This document shows positions 41,514 to 50,858 of a stretch of DNA of 64,000 nt, in pieces. How positions within the stretch are numbered: position 1 is the stretch's first letter; every line of letters begins with the position of its first letter. The position numbers and the translations under genes were made by a program. The notes under the pieces were generated by a model. The model saw nothing but the letters and a program-made list of their open reading frames with translations. It was not told the origin of the DNA and did not search any database. The stretch is taken from contig JBHLLG010000007.1 of NCBI GenBank assembly GCA_048885925.1, positions 1-64,000 on the forward strand. Reading direction: 5' to 3'. The DNA comes from Candidatus Hermodarchaeota archaeon. GTDB lineage: Archaea > Asgardarchaeota > Lokiarchaeia > Sigyniarchaeales > SOKP01.

Positions 41514-42239
41514 TTAATCATACAAAAGAGCACCTGAAGTTAATGCTATAATTGAGCTCATTAGAATTATATGTGCACCAAAAAATAGTACTTCGTAATA
41601 TAGATTTGATATTAATTCTCCTTCTAAAATTTTTATATTTATCGATATTATGGGAGTAATAATTGGTAGAATTAAAGGAAAAAATAAAATTGGTAAAATA
41701 AAGGATTTATTTTTAACATACATCGAAAAGGCAGAAACAAAGCTCCCACATATAGATAAATCAAATGTGGGTAATAATATTCCAAGACTTATATAAATTA
41801 ATAACTGATTCGTATTAAAATTGCTAATCGATGGTGCTGATATAAAAAAACTGAAAAGAAATAAAATAATCTCAACGAAACTCAATAAGATAAAGCAAAA
41901 AAAGGTTTTACTAATAAGAATTAAGTTTGCTGATACGGGGGAAGAAATAAGTCCTCCTAATGTTCCAGAATCTTTCTCCTTTACAAAGAGTTTAGTCATA
42001 ATATAAACAAGTGTAAAAAAAATTATAAGCCAGTTTTCAATAACAAAAATTTCCATAGGCATATTCTGATATTGAGTTCCGAAATTATAAACTGATGAAA
42101 ATATGAAGATTGAAATTATATCAAAAAGAAAAATTGAAAATAAATCATTAATTTGTCGAAGTTCTGATTTAAGATCTTTAAATAATATTACTTTCAGCAA
42201 CTTTAACTTTGATTTGAATTTTATTTTCTCATTTTTCAA
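41514..42239 (-). CDS. ccmB: Heme exporter permease CcmB
   Basis: KDLKSELR, FVKEKDSGTL, ILPILFFPLILP. Confidence 0.88.
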   Translation of the reverse strand: MKNEKIKFKSKLKLLKVILFKDLKSELRQINDLFSIFLFDIISIFIFSSVYNFGTQYQNMPMEIFVIENWLIIFFTLVYIMTKLFVKEKDSGTLGGLISSPVSANLILISKTFFCFILLSFVEIILFLFSFFISAPSISNFNTNQLLIYISLGILLPTFDLSICGSFVSAFSMYVKNKSFILPILFFPLILPIITPIISINIKILEGELISNLYYEVLFFGAHIILMSSIIALTSGALLYD

Positions 42240-42251
42240 TAAATATTCCCC

Positions 42252-42965
42252 CTAAAAATATGACTTAATTTCATATTCATTTAATTCCTCACGTGAAAAG
42301 GTTTTACTGATTCTTCCTTTTTTTAAAATGATTAAATCATCACAAAGTTGTTGGAATACATCAATTTTATGAGTTGTAAGAATTATTGATATATTTTTAT
42401 CATTTTTTAATTCTCTAAAAAAATTAATTAACATTTGGGTTGCATTGTAATCTAAACCCGAAAATGGCTCATCCAAGAAGAGGATTGGTGGATCATGTAT
42501 TAACACTCTAATTAATTCTACTTTTTGTTTCATTCCATGAGATAAAATTCTAACAGGTTCGTTGATCCAATCTGTTAAGTTGAATTTATTGCAATAATGC
42601 TTAATTTTAGTCTCAAGATTCTTTTTCTCAAAATTCAAATGCAAATTAGCATAATATTTTAAATTTTCAAAAATAGTTAATTCTTGAAATAGAAAAGACT
42701 CATCAGTATTAATTCCAATATTTTGTTTTATAATGTCAGAATTATCCTCATAATTCATTCCATTTAGTATAATTTCACCTAATGTTGGTTTGAGCAATCC
42801 CGATAAAATCTTAATTAATGTTGTTTTACCTGCTCCATTTGCCCCCGCAATTCCAAAAATCGTATTTTCTCTAATTTTAAAAGAAATTTTTCTTAACGCA
42901 AAAAAATATCCAAATTGTTTTGCAACATTATTGCAAGTTATTATGGTGTTATTTGATATGAACAT
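42252..42965 (-). CDS. ccmA: Heme exporter ATPase CcmA
   Basis: GANGAGKTT, LSHGMKQK, LDEPFSGLD, TTH; directly upstream of ccmB. Confidence 0.88.
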   Translation of the reverse strand: MFISNNTIITCNNVAKQFGYFFALRKISFKIRENTIFGIAGANGAGKTTLIKILSGLLKPTLGEIILNGMNYEDNSDIIKQNIGINTDESFLFQELTIFENLKYYANLHLNFEKKNLETKIKHYCNKFNLTDWINEPVRILSHGMKQKVELIRVLIHDPPILFLDEPFSGLDYNATQMLINFFRELKNDKNISIILTTHKIDVFQQLCDDLIILKKGRISKTFSREELNEYEIKSYF

Positions 42966-43121
42966 GATCTCAATTGTAAGAGCTTAAACTATTTATCTAT
43001 TGACTATTAATAAGTGTTTAATTATTCAAAACTTTGTTTTAATATATTTATTAAGGTAAAAAATTATAAATTCTTAAAATGGAATAAAATAAAATTGAAA
43101 AATAATATATTGAATAGATTT

Positions 43122-44840
43122 TTAGGCCTCAATTATTTTTTTCGTTGGAAAAAAAGTGATAAGAATTGAAGGAATTATTCCTATTAATAGTAGTATGAAT
43201 CCTGGAATGAAAAAAATATCTTGATAATTCGAATTCATTAAAAATCCAGCAAGGATTAAGGAGATCCCTGCATGAATTATTGTTTTTGAATTCAATCTGA
43301 AAAAGTATTTTACTCCCTTTTTCATATTGAAATTTTTTATCAATTTGAATAGGGATGAAAATAACGATATCAAATAAATAAATAAAACAGGATTTATCCA
43401 TATGTTTGAGGTAATTACAAGTATAAACGAAAGTACTGATTGAATTGAAAATCCTATAAGTATAACTAATCCTATCCATTTAATCTCGAAATATTCCCAT
43501 AAGGAGCAAAAAGTAAGCGATAACGCTAAACCAGTAGCTAATATTAATGTTGTAATTATATAATAATCTATTTCAATTAAAATAATATCTAAAGGAAGAA
43601 AATTTGAGAGGATATAGGTAAAAGGGGGAACAAATAAGCCAAAGGTACATACAAAAGCTAAACCAAACAAAAATAAATAACTAAAATAATCAAATAGTAA
43701 CTTTTTATTTCGATATTCCTCCATCAAATAATCTAGGACAATATAAATAACATAAAGGGAAAAAATGATTAATATAAGACCTAAAACTACTACCCATATA
43801 ACTAGCTCTGCACCTTCAGCAAACGCATGAGCCGAACTTAACCCTCCTCCCCTTGTAATCAATGTTGAAAAAACGATTGAAGAAAAAATTAAACCCACAT
43901 TAATGTTAATCAATTTAGGATTTTTTTTTTTAAAAATCATAGTATGAAAGAAAGCTGTTATGAAAAACCACGGAATAAGTGAAACAGTCTCAACAGGATC
44001 CCACCCCCAATATCTACCCCAAGGAGTCAAGGCAATTTTAGCCCAATATGCACCTAATCCAATACCTAAAGAGAGAACTAACCATCCAAATTTTAACGAA
44101 AAAGTATAGAAATCCTGTTGATAGGTTCCTAATAATTTTTCTTTCCGAGTAATTGTTTCAGCAATTGTAATTGTAAAAGGAATCAAGAAAATAGCATACG
44201 CAATAAATGTAAAAAATGGATGCCATATCATAAATGGAGATATTAATAATGGATTTAACCCTAAACCATTAGGGAAATCAGGGGGTGAATTAATTTGAAA
44301 TGGATTCAATGAAAATAAAACAATCAAAAATATAATTGAAATAATTATTGAAATGATAACAGAACGTATAAAAACTAAATCTTCTCTATTTTGATTCTTA
44401 AGTCTATATAAACTAATTATTATTGAATTAAAAACCATCCATGTCATAATCGAACCATCTTCTCCTGCCCAGATTGCAACAATTTTATATATTAATGAAA
44501 GTGTAGAATTGCTATAATTCATAACATATACTATTTCATAAATATTATTAAGAAAACTATACATCATTAATATAAACATAAATATTGTTAAATACACGTT
44601 AAAGAGAGAAAAGATATAATAATTTTGACGTTTAAAAACTATATAAACAAAATCAATAATCAATACGAAAATAAGAACCAATATAACATAATTACCTAAG
44701 GTTGATATGAGAAGAACTCTAAAATTATATTCAATCAGATTTAAGACTAATGGTAGAATAAAGATTAATCCTAAAATTATTCCAATGTTAATAATAATAG
44801 ACTTTTTTATTGACAATTCATCAAACTTCATATTTTTCAC
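43122..44840 (-). CDS. ccmF: Cytochrome c heme lyase CcmF
   Basis: WAGEDGS, GLGLNPLL, WHP, WGRYWGWDPVET (WWD), FFH, TRGG...SAHAF. Confidence 0.93.
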   Translation of the reverse strand: MKNMKFDELSIKKSIIINIGIILGLIFILPLVLNLIEYNFRVLLISTLGNYVILVLIFVLIIDFVYIVFKRQNYYIFSLFNVYLTIFMFILMMYSFLNNIYEIVYVMNYSNSTLSLIYKIVAIWAGEDGSIMTWMVFNSIIISLYRLKNQNREDLVFIRSVIISIIISIIFLIVLFSLNPFQINSPPDFPNGLGLNPLLISPFMIWHPFFTFIAYAIFLIPFTITIAETITRKEKLLGTYQQDFYTFSLKFGWLVLSLGIGLGAYWAKIALTPWGRYWGWDPVETVSLIPWFFITAFFHTMIFKKKNPKLININVGLIFSSIVFSTLITRGGGLSSAHAFAEGAELVIWVVVLGLILIIFSLYVIYIVLDYLMEEYRNKKLLFDYFSYLFLFGLAFVCTFGLFVPPFTYILSNFLPLDIILIEIDYYIITTLILATGLALSLTFCSLWEYFEIKWIGLVILIGFSIQSVLSFILVITSNIWINPVLFIYLISLFSSLFKLIKNFNMKKGVKYFFRLNSKTIIHAGISLILAGFLMNSNYQDIFFIPGFILLLIGIIPSILITFFPTKKIIEA

Positions 44841-44929
44841 CTAAAATGAAAGAATATAAAACTTTAAATAAAGATTTTTGAAATATTTCATGACCTAATT
44901 AAAAATTCTTTAAAGATTAAAAAAAAAGT

Positions 44930-47797
44930 TTAAGGAATAAATCTCTTCTTCTTCGAAGTTCTTACTATTAATACTATTCCCACAACTATAATACCGATTG
45001 TACTAGAATATATTATTAACTCATTTGTTTCTATTATTATCAAAGGATTAATGTTAGTTGATTTATCTGTAACCATAATGCTCTCAAGATAAGAATTCCA
45101 ATTATTATTAATGTCCTTTGCATGAATAGTAAAGAATAATTCTCCTGTATTACTTGGAGTCCAATTAATGTATTCCCAAGTATCTCCAAGTATATTCACC
45201 ATAGTATGGTTAAAACCTTCAAATTCAATGAAAACTTCACTGACACCAGAAAAATCGATAAGTTGTACTTGAATAGATACAGATTGCCCTAGAGTAATAG
45301 ATTCTTCTGATTTCACCAGATTATAAAAATTTGGACCTGTCATATCTTTAATAGTAATGTTATCCTTTAATGAACCAATATTATTAATAGAATCAAATGC
45401 AAAGATCTCATAGATTTTTAGACCTGTATTATTTGAAGTCCATATATTGCTTTGCCAGGTAAATCCTCCACTGAATGTCATTGTGTAGTTAATCTCTTCA
45501 ATTTCTAATAATACTAGAGTTATTGGAGAAAAATCAGTAACATCTACTTGAATTATTGGCGTATTTCCTAATTCTAATGGATCAGTAATTTCAATTAAAT
45601 TTGTTAATTTTGGACCAATTGTATCGATAACAGTAAGGTTATTATTTATGGAATTATAATTCTCATTTGAATCTTTGGCGTAAATAGAATAATTTTTTAT
45701 TCCAACAGATTGAGGAATCCAAGTATTATATTGCCAAATTGTACCTCCTATATTTGTCATCGTATAATTGCTCCCATCAATTTCTATAGAAACCAGTGTG
45801 ATAATTGAAAAATCTGTAGCATTAATTTGAATAATTGCTGTTTGTCCTATTTCTAATGGATCATAGTTTTCGTATAAGTTTGATAACTTTGGTGCTATAG
45901 TATCGATTGTTTCAATAAATCCACTTGTACTATTCCAAATATTGGAATTATCTTTAATATAAATGGTATATGTATGCATATCGACTATACTGGGCTTCCA
46001 AGTATCATATAACCACGTATTTCCTCCAATATAAGACATTGAATGATTCACACCTTCAAATTCAATTTTAACCTGGTTAATACCTGAAAAGTCTTTAGCA
46101 TCAATCGAAATCATAACTGAATTACCCAATTCGAGAGGATCACTACTTTCTGTTAAATTTTCAAAAATGGGCGGAGTTGTATCTAAAACCAATATATTAT
46201 CACTAATTTGATTCCAATTATTTAAAGAATCATTCGCAAGAATTTTAAACACTTTTATTCCAGTTGAAATTGGTGTCCACGTATATTCGTATCTAATAGC
46301 TCCAACTTTCACCATTGTATGATTTATTCCTCCAATTTCGAAAAATACTTTACTTACTCCATCAGCATCTTCAATATCAACTTGAATAGTTTCGGGTTGA
46401 CCTAGTTCTACGGATTCAGCACTTTTTGATAAGTTTTGAATTATTGGTCCTGATGATAGAATAACTTCAATAGAACCTATAGTCATGTTTAAATTATTGT
46501 TATTATCAATCATGTAAATAGAATAATTATAAATCCCTATAGATGCTGGCTTCCACTGAGACCATCTCCACGTATTACTTCCAATAAAAATCATAGTGTG
46601 ATTAACATTATTATATTCAAGAAATACATCTTTTACTCCAGAGCCTGGCGAATCATAAACCGTAATTGTTATAGTTTCGTTATTCCCTAATGGGAGAGGA
46701 TCAGCACTTTCAATTAAAAAATCATATTTTGGTGCTATTGTGTCAATTACAGTAATATCACTACTAATAGAGTTCCAATTTCCTTCGATATCATTAGCAT
46801 AAATTGTATAAGATTTTAACCCCATACTTATTGGTATCCAACTATTGTATTCCCAGGTTGAACTACCAATTTTCGTCATTGTATTATTAACATTATTGAG
46901 TTCTATTAGAACGGAACTAATTCCTGATAAGTCAGAAACATTAATTTGAATAGTTTCTGTTTGACCTAGTTCTAAAGGATCAGCACTTTCAATTAAATTT
47001 GAGAATGCTGGAACTGTAGTATCAATTACATTAATATTTCCAATAATCGAATTCCAACTTCCATCAGTATCATTTGCATAAATTTTGTAACTTTTGATAC
47101 CAATTGTATTTGGAGTCCAATTAAATTCATATGTATTGCTTCCAATGTTTGACATTGTATAATTATTACCTTCTAACTCAATCAAAACAGTATCGACACT
47201 CGTTTCAGCGTCTATTACATCTATTTGAAAGCTTTCTTGCCCTCCTAGTTCTAGGGGATCACTGCTCTCTAGAAGATTATTAAATTGAGGTGGTAAGTTT
47301 TGTACTTGAACATTTAGTATTAAATCTCCATGCGTAAAATATGAAGCAGAACCCCCTGCTCTGTATATTGCATCAGCGTGGAGAGTATAAGTTTGTTCAA
47401 CAGAGGGAGCAGTAACTTGAAAGTTTAGAACTATAGAATTACCAGAACTATCTATGGAAACTGATTGTTGAGTTGTAACAAAAATAAAATCTTTATTATC
47501 AGCTCTGCCTGGACTACCACTTGGAAATCCTGCCTCAATATTGTTTCCCTGTGCTTCTGTAAAGCTTATTATTTGAATGCTAACTGTAAAAGTTTCGCTC
47601 GGATTGATAGTAGTTCCCGAACTTGATAAAAGCGTGATATATCCTGTGGTACTCTGTGTAATATTTCCATGACAACTACCATGACCTTCACCAGAAAAAT
47701 CATTAAAATCTTCTGTTCTAGCTAAAGCAAAACCTAGAATTAAAAAAACCAGTATAATTGTGATTAAACCAGATGACATTTTTTTATTTATTCTCAT
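44930..47797 (-). CDS. Surface protein: HGSCH head domain on eight ~94-aa Ig-like repeats with a C-terminal TM anchor
   Basis: Signal peptide, GEGHGSCH (motif at 47669-47683), VTAPSVEQTYTLHA, eight repeats of ESxDPLELG-like...YTIYAND...WN, TM plus KKKR. Confidence 0.8.
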   Translation of the reverse strand: MRINKKMSSGLITIILVFLILGFALARTEDFNDFSGEGHGSCHGNITQSTTGYITLLSSSGTTINPSETFTVSIQIISFTEAQGNNIEAGFPSGSPGRADNKDFIFVTTQQSVSIDSSGNSIVLNFQVTAPSVEQTYTLHADAIYRAGGSASYFTHGDLILNVQVQNLPPQFNNLLESSDPLELGGQESFQIDVIDAETSVDTVLIELEGNNYTMSNIGSNTYEFNWTPNTIGIKSYKIYANDTDGSWNSIIGNINVIDTTVPAFSNLIESADPLELGQTETIQINVSDLSGISSVLIELNNVNNTMTKIGSSTWEYNSWIPISMGLKSYTIYANDIEGNWNSISSDITVIDTIAPKYDFLIESADPLPLGNNETITITVYDSPGSGVKDVFLEYNNVNHTMIFIGSNTWRWSQWKPASIGIYNYSIYMIDNNNNLNMTIGSIEVILSSGPIIQNLSKSAESVELGQPETIQVDIEDADGVSKVFFEIGGINHTMVKVGAIRYEYTWTPISTGIKVFKILANDSLNNWNQISDNILVLDTTPPIFENLTESSDPLELGNSVMISIDAKDFSGINQVKIEFEGVNHSMSYIGGNTWLYDTWKPSIVDMHTYTIYIKDNSNIWNSTSGFIETIDTIAPKLSNLYENYDPLEIGQTAIIQINATDFSIITLVSIEIDGSNYTMTNIGGTIWQYNTWIPQSVGIKNYSIYAKDSNENYNSINNNLTVIDTIGPKLTNLIEITDPLELGNTPIIQVDVTDFSPITLVLLEIEEINYTMTFSGGFTWQSNIWTSNNTGLKIYEIFAFDSINNIGSLKDNITIKDMTGPNFYNLVKSEESITLGQSVSIQVQLIDFSGVSEVFIEFEGFNHTMVNILGDTWEYINWTPSNTGELFFTIHAKDINNNWNSYLESIMVTDKSTNINPLIIIETNELIIYSSTIGIIVVGIVLIVRTSKKKRFIP

Positions 47798-47952
47798 GTA
47801 AATCCCCTTTTTTTAAACGTTAAACATTAAAATTCTGAATTCTAAATGGAAATGTTTTTAAACGTTTAAATAAATTCAATTTTTTTGAATTTAAATTACT
47901 CAAATATATTATATATTTGATTAAATTAAAGAAATCTAAAATAATTTATAAG

Positions 47953-48039
47953 ATTACCTTAAACTGGTTATTTTAAACAATCGATTGATATTGTGTTTCA
48001 TTTTCTGACTGTTTTTCTTTTTCAGTTTCAAATTGAAAT
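47953..48039 (-). promoter_or_regulatory. Dual-box promoter of HxxCH protein 2
   Basis: + strand GTTTCA-AAT-TGAAAT (48025), GTTTCA-TTT-TCTGAC (47995), 17 nt, TTTAAA (47972-47977); minus-strand core ATTGTTTAAAATAACCAGTTTAAGGTAAT. Confidence 0.72.
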
Positions 48040-48383
48040 ATCCAAATCTACTTGAATTTTACTTATTTTAGTCAAGTCAAATTAAATGCTATTTTATAAG
48101 ATTTTTCAACTTTTCTATTCCAAATTTTATTTTTATATATGTAGTTTTTTTAAAAAATATAATTCAAATATTGCACGAATTGTCCCTAAAAACAGCTTAA
48201 CTTTTTTGTTTAGGAAACAAAATAAAAATTTCAATAATTAAAAAGCTCATTGTAGAAATTAGGTGAAATTATTGCTATAATATTTTAAAAAGGCTTTGAT
48301 TTTTAAAATATATTAATCAAGTTTATAAAAGTATAAAAATATAACAAAAAGCAAAAGAATTCATAAAATATTGGATAAGAACC

Positions 48384-49226
48384 ATGAAAAAGAAAATTCT
48401 TTTATTTTTAATTATTGTCAGCTTAATGCCAATTTTAGTAATCTCTTTCGGAACAAGTAGACCTGGTTATGGTGATACTCATGATGTTTGCCATGATACA
48501 GCGGGATATACAATTGATACTACTGCTTTAGAAGAGATTCCAGCAATCATATCATCAAATGTTATTTTTAATATTACGGCAACTGGATCTAATTTATTTG
48601 TTCAAGCAATATCTGGTGCTAAAGATAACGATCTCTTTGTAATATTACCAACAACAGATAGAATTAATGAAAGTTCTATTCATGATTTAGATCCAACTCC
48701 TAATTCAATTAAAGTTATATTTAACGTTACTACACCCTCAGAGGATGGTTATTACACAATTTTCATTATTGCAGGGAATGACGCAAGTGGACAAATAAAC
48801 TTCGCTTATCAACAGATCTATATTAATGTTGGGGGAGTTACAGCACCACGCCCTGTTTTTAATATTTTTGATCATTTTGGAATGTTTCTTGGTTTACCTG
48901 CATTAATTTTTCTGACACTAGGGACGATATTAGTATTAGTAAATGAAAGTAAATTTGTTAAAGTTCATGGGATTTTAGCAGGATCTTCTTGGATTTTAAC
49001 ATTAATAAATGTAGTAACTCTAGTAACAAAGAATCCGGCTATCTGGGTTGCATTTCCTTTAACTACACATTGGACTCACATTTTTTTAGGAGGTTTTGGA
49101 TTACTTACCGGATTATTTAGTATGTTTTTTGGAATTGCAGCAGAACGTAAACCAGCAAAAATAACGGGATATATTACATTGATTTGCTGGTGGGGAGCTT
49201 TCTTTTTTGGTTTTTTATTTATATAA
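48384..49226 (+). CDS. Exported HDVCH domain fused to a 4-TM cytochrome b561-like domain
   Basis: Signal peptide, GDTHDVCH (motif at 48480-48494), VTTPSEDGYYTIFI; TM histidines in FDHFG, KVHGIL, WTHIFLG. Confidence 0.68.
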   Translation: MKKKILLFLIIVSLMPILVISFGTSRPGYGDTHDVCHDTAGYTIDTTALEEIPAIISSNVIFNITATGSNLFVQAISGAKDNDLFVILPTTDRINESSIHDLDPTPNSIKVIFNVTTPSEDGYYTIFIIAGNDASGQINFAYQQIYINVGGVTAPRPVFNIFDHFGMFLGLPALIFLTLGTILVLVNESKFVKVHGILAGSSWILTLINVVTLVTKNPAIWVAFPLTTHWTHIFLGGFGLLTGLFSMFFGIAAERKPAKITGYITLICWWGAFFFGFLFI

Positions 49227-49315
49227 AAAGGAGGGAATAAATAATTACAACTAATGCAACTAAAAAAGGACTAAATATTGAACAAAATGTAAAAAAAGCA
49301 AGGAGACAAAAATTT

Positions 49316-50731
49316 TTGGATTCAATTAAAAAATTTATTTCTCCTTATCATGTAAGTACTAATCCATATGAACTAGAATCTGCTTCAGCAGACCTCACAT
49401 CATTACCCTCTTATCATTATAAGTTTAAGAAAAAATATCTTGCAAGTTACATTATTCGTCCAGCAGATACTGATGAACTTTCTTTGACCATAAAAAAGTG
49501 TAGAGAATTAGAGATTCCAGTTACAATTAGAGCTGCTGGTACTTCTTGCTTTTCTTCAGCTACACCTTCTAAAGGTGGTGTTATTATAGATGTGCGTAGA
49601 ATAAATAAAATTCTTGAAATAGATACTAAAAAAATGACTGTCAAAGTTGGAAGTGGAATTTCTTGGTTAAATTTAATAGAAGCACTTGCAGATCATGGAC
49701 TTGAACCAAAAGTTTTTCCAACAAGCTTTAAGACTTCGTGTGTTTGTGGTTTTATAGCTACTCCAGGAAAAGCAGGGATTGGGGTCTTAAAATATGGTCC
49801 AATGAAAGATTCAATTATTTCACTAACCATGGTACGCCCTGATGGTTCAATAATTAAGGTTTCAAGAGATTCAAACCAAGACGTTTCGCTGGATGATATT
49901 GTTGGAACTTATGGAATATATGGTGCTATTACAGATGTTGAATTATCAATAACTACACTTAAAACATCTTTAGAAATAATTGGTTATGGTTTTGATTCAA
50001 TTAATCAAGCTTTTAACTTTTATTCAACATTAAAGGATCAACTTCCAAATGTACCGTTTTTCCTTTCTATTTCAGGTAGAGATTTTGAAAAATATTCTCA
50101 TGTAAGTTTCCCTGAGCGTGAATGGTTAGTTTGGGCAGTTTTTTATGATGATCCTGAGGAAACCTCTAAAAGCATATCGGCTGTTAAAAATTTTGCTTCA
50201 AAGATGAATGCTTTCGAAGTTGAAAGTTCTTACTTAAAGGAAAAATGGCGAGATATTAGTGATGCTGAAGTATCGATAGGATTATCCGCGAGAAATTTAA
50301 TATTTCAGGAATATTGGATTTCTGATGAAAGATTACAAGTTTTTATAGAACAATATATTAAACAGAAAAGACGGTACAAATTTCCTACAGCCACCTATTC
50401 TATCTCAGGAGAAAAAGGATGGACTAGAGTTAAGATTTTTGGTTTATCCGATATTAGTAAACCACGTGAATTTTTTGCTGTTAAGGCATTTTTACATGAT
50501 TTATCAAAATATGCCTTTAATCAAGGTGATCGACTCTATACTATAGGAATTGTTAATACTTTCTATTTACATAAATATAAACCTGAAGAAGTGGCAAAGA
50601 GAAAACAATTAAAGGATGAATTGGATCCCCAACATTTATTCAATTCATACAGAATAATTGAAGCAAAGATGAAATTCTGGAGAATATCTTTACTATTTAA
50701 TACAGCGAAATTTTTATATAAATTATTTTAA
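49316..50731 (+). CDS. FAD-binding oxidoreductase (GlcD/D-lactate dehydrogenase, VAO family)
   Basis: IIRP...IPVTIRAAGTS, GGVIID, VGTYGIYGAIT, C-terminal LDPQHLFN. Confidence 0.88.
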   Translation: MDSIKKFISPYHVSTNPYELESASADLTSLPSYHYKFKKKYLASYIIRPADTDELSLTIKKCRELEIPVTIRAAGTSCFSSATPSKGGVIIDVRRINKILEIDTKKMTVKVGSGISWLNLIEALADHGLEPKVFPTSFKTSCVCGFIATPGKAGIGVLKYGPMKDSIISLTMVRPDGSIIKVSRDSNQDVSLDDIVGTYGIYGAITDVELSITTLKTSLEIIGYGFDSINQAFNFYSTLKDQLPNVPFFLSISGRDFEKYSHVSFPEREWLVWAVFYDDPEETSKSISAVKNFASKMNAFEVESSYLKEKWRDISDAEVSIGLSARNLIFQEYWISDERLQVFIEQYIKQKRRYKFPTATYSISGEKGWTRVKIFGLSDISKPREFFAVKAFLHDLSKYAFNQGDRLYTIGIVNTFYLHKYKPEEVAKRKQLKDELDPQHLFNSYRIIEAKMKFWRISLLFNTAKFLYKLF

Positions 50732-50858
50732 GAATTATTGTAATAATTACAAACATAAATCAAATTAATGATATTTAGAATAAAATATAATGATTAACTT
50801 TAATAAAAAATTAGAATATCTTAAATTGAAAACAATAATAGATAAGAGATAAGAATAT

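Noticed and set aside
44930-47300. DNA-level repeats in the surface protein gene (and in the LRR gene) as mobile or DGR elements
   Set aside because: They are explained by in-frame protein domain repeats; no reverse transcriptase, transposase or adenine-specific variable repeat pair was seen.
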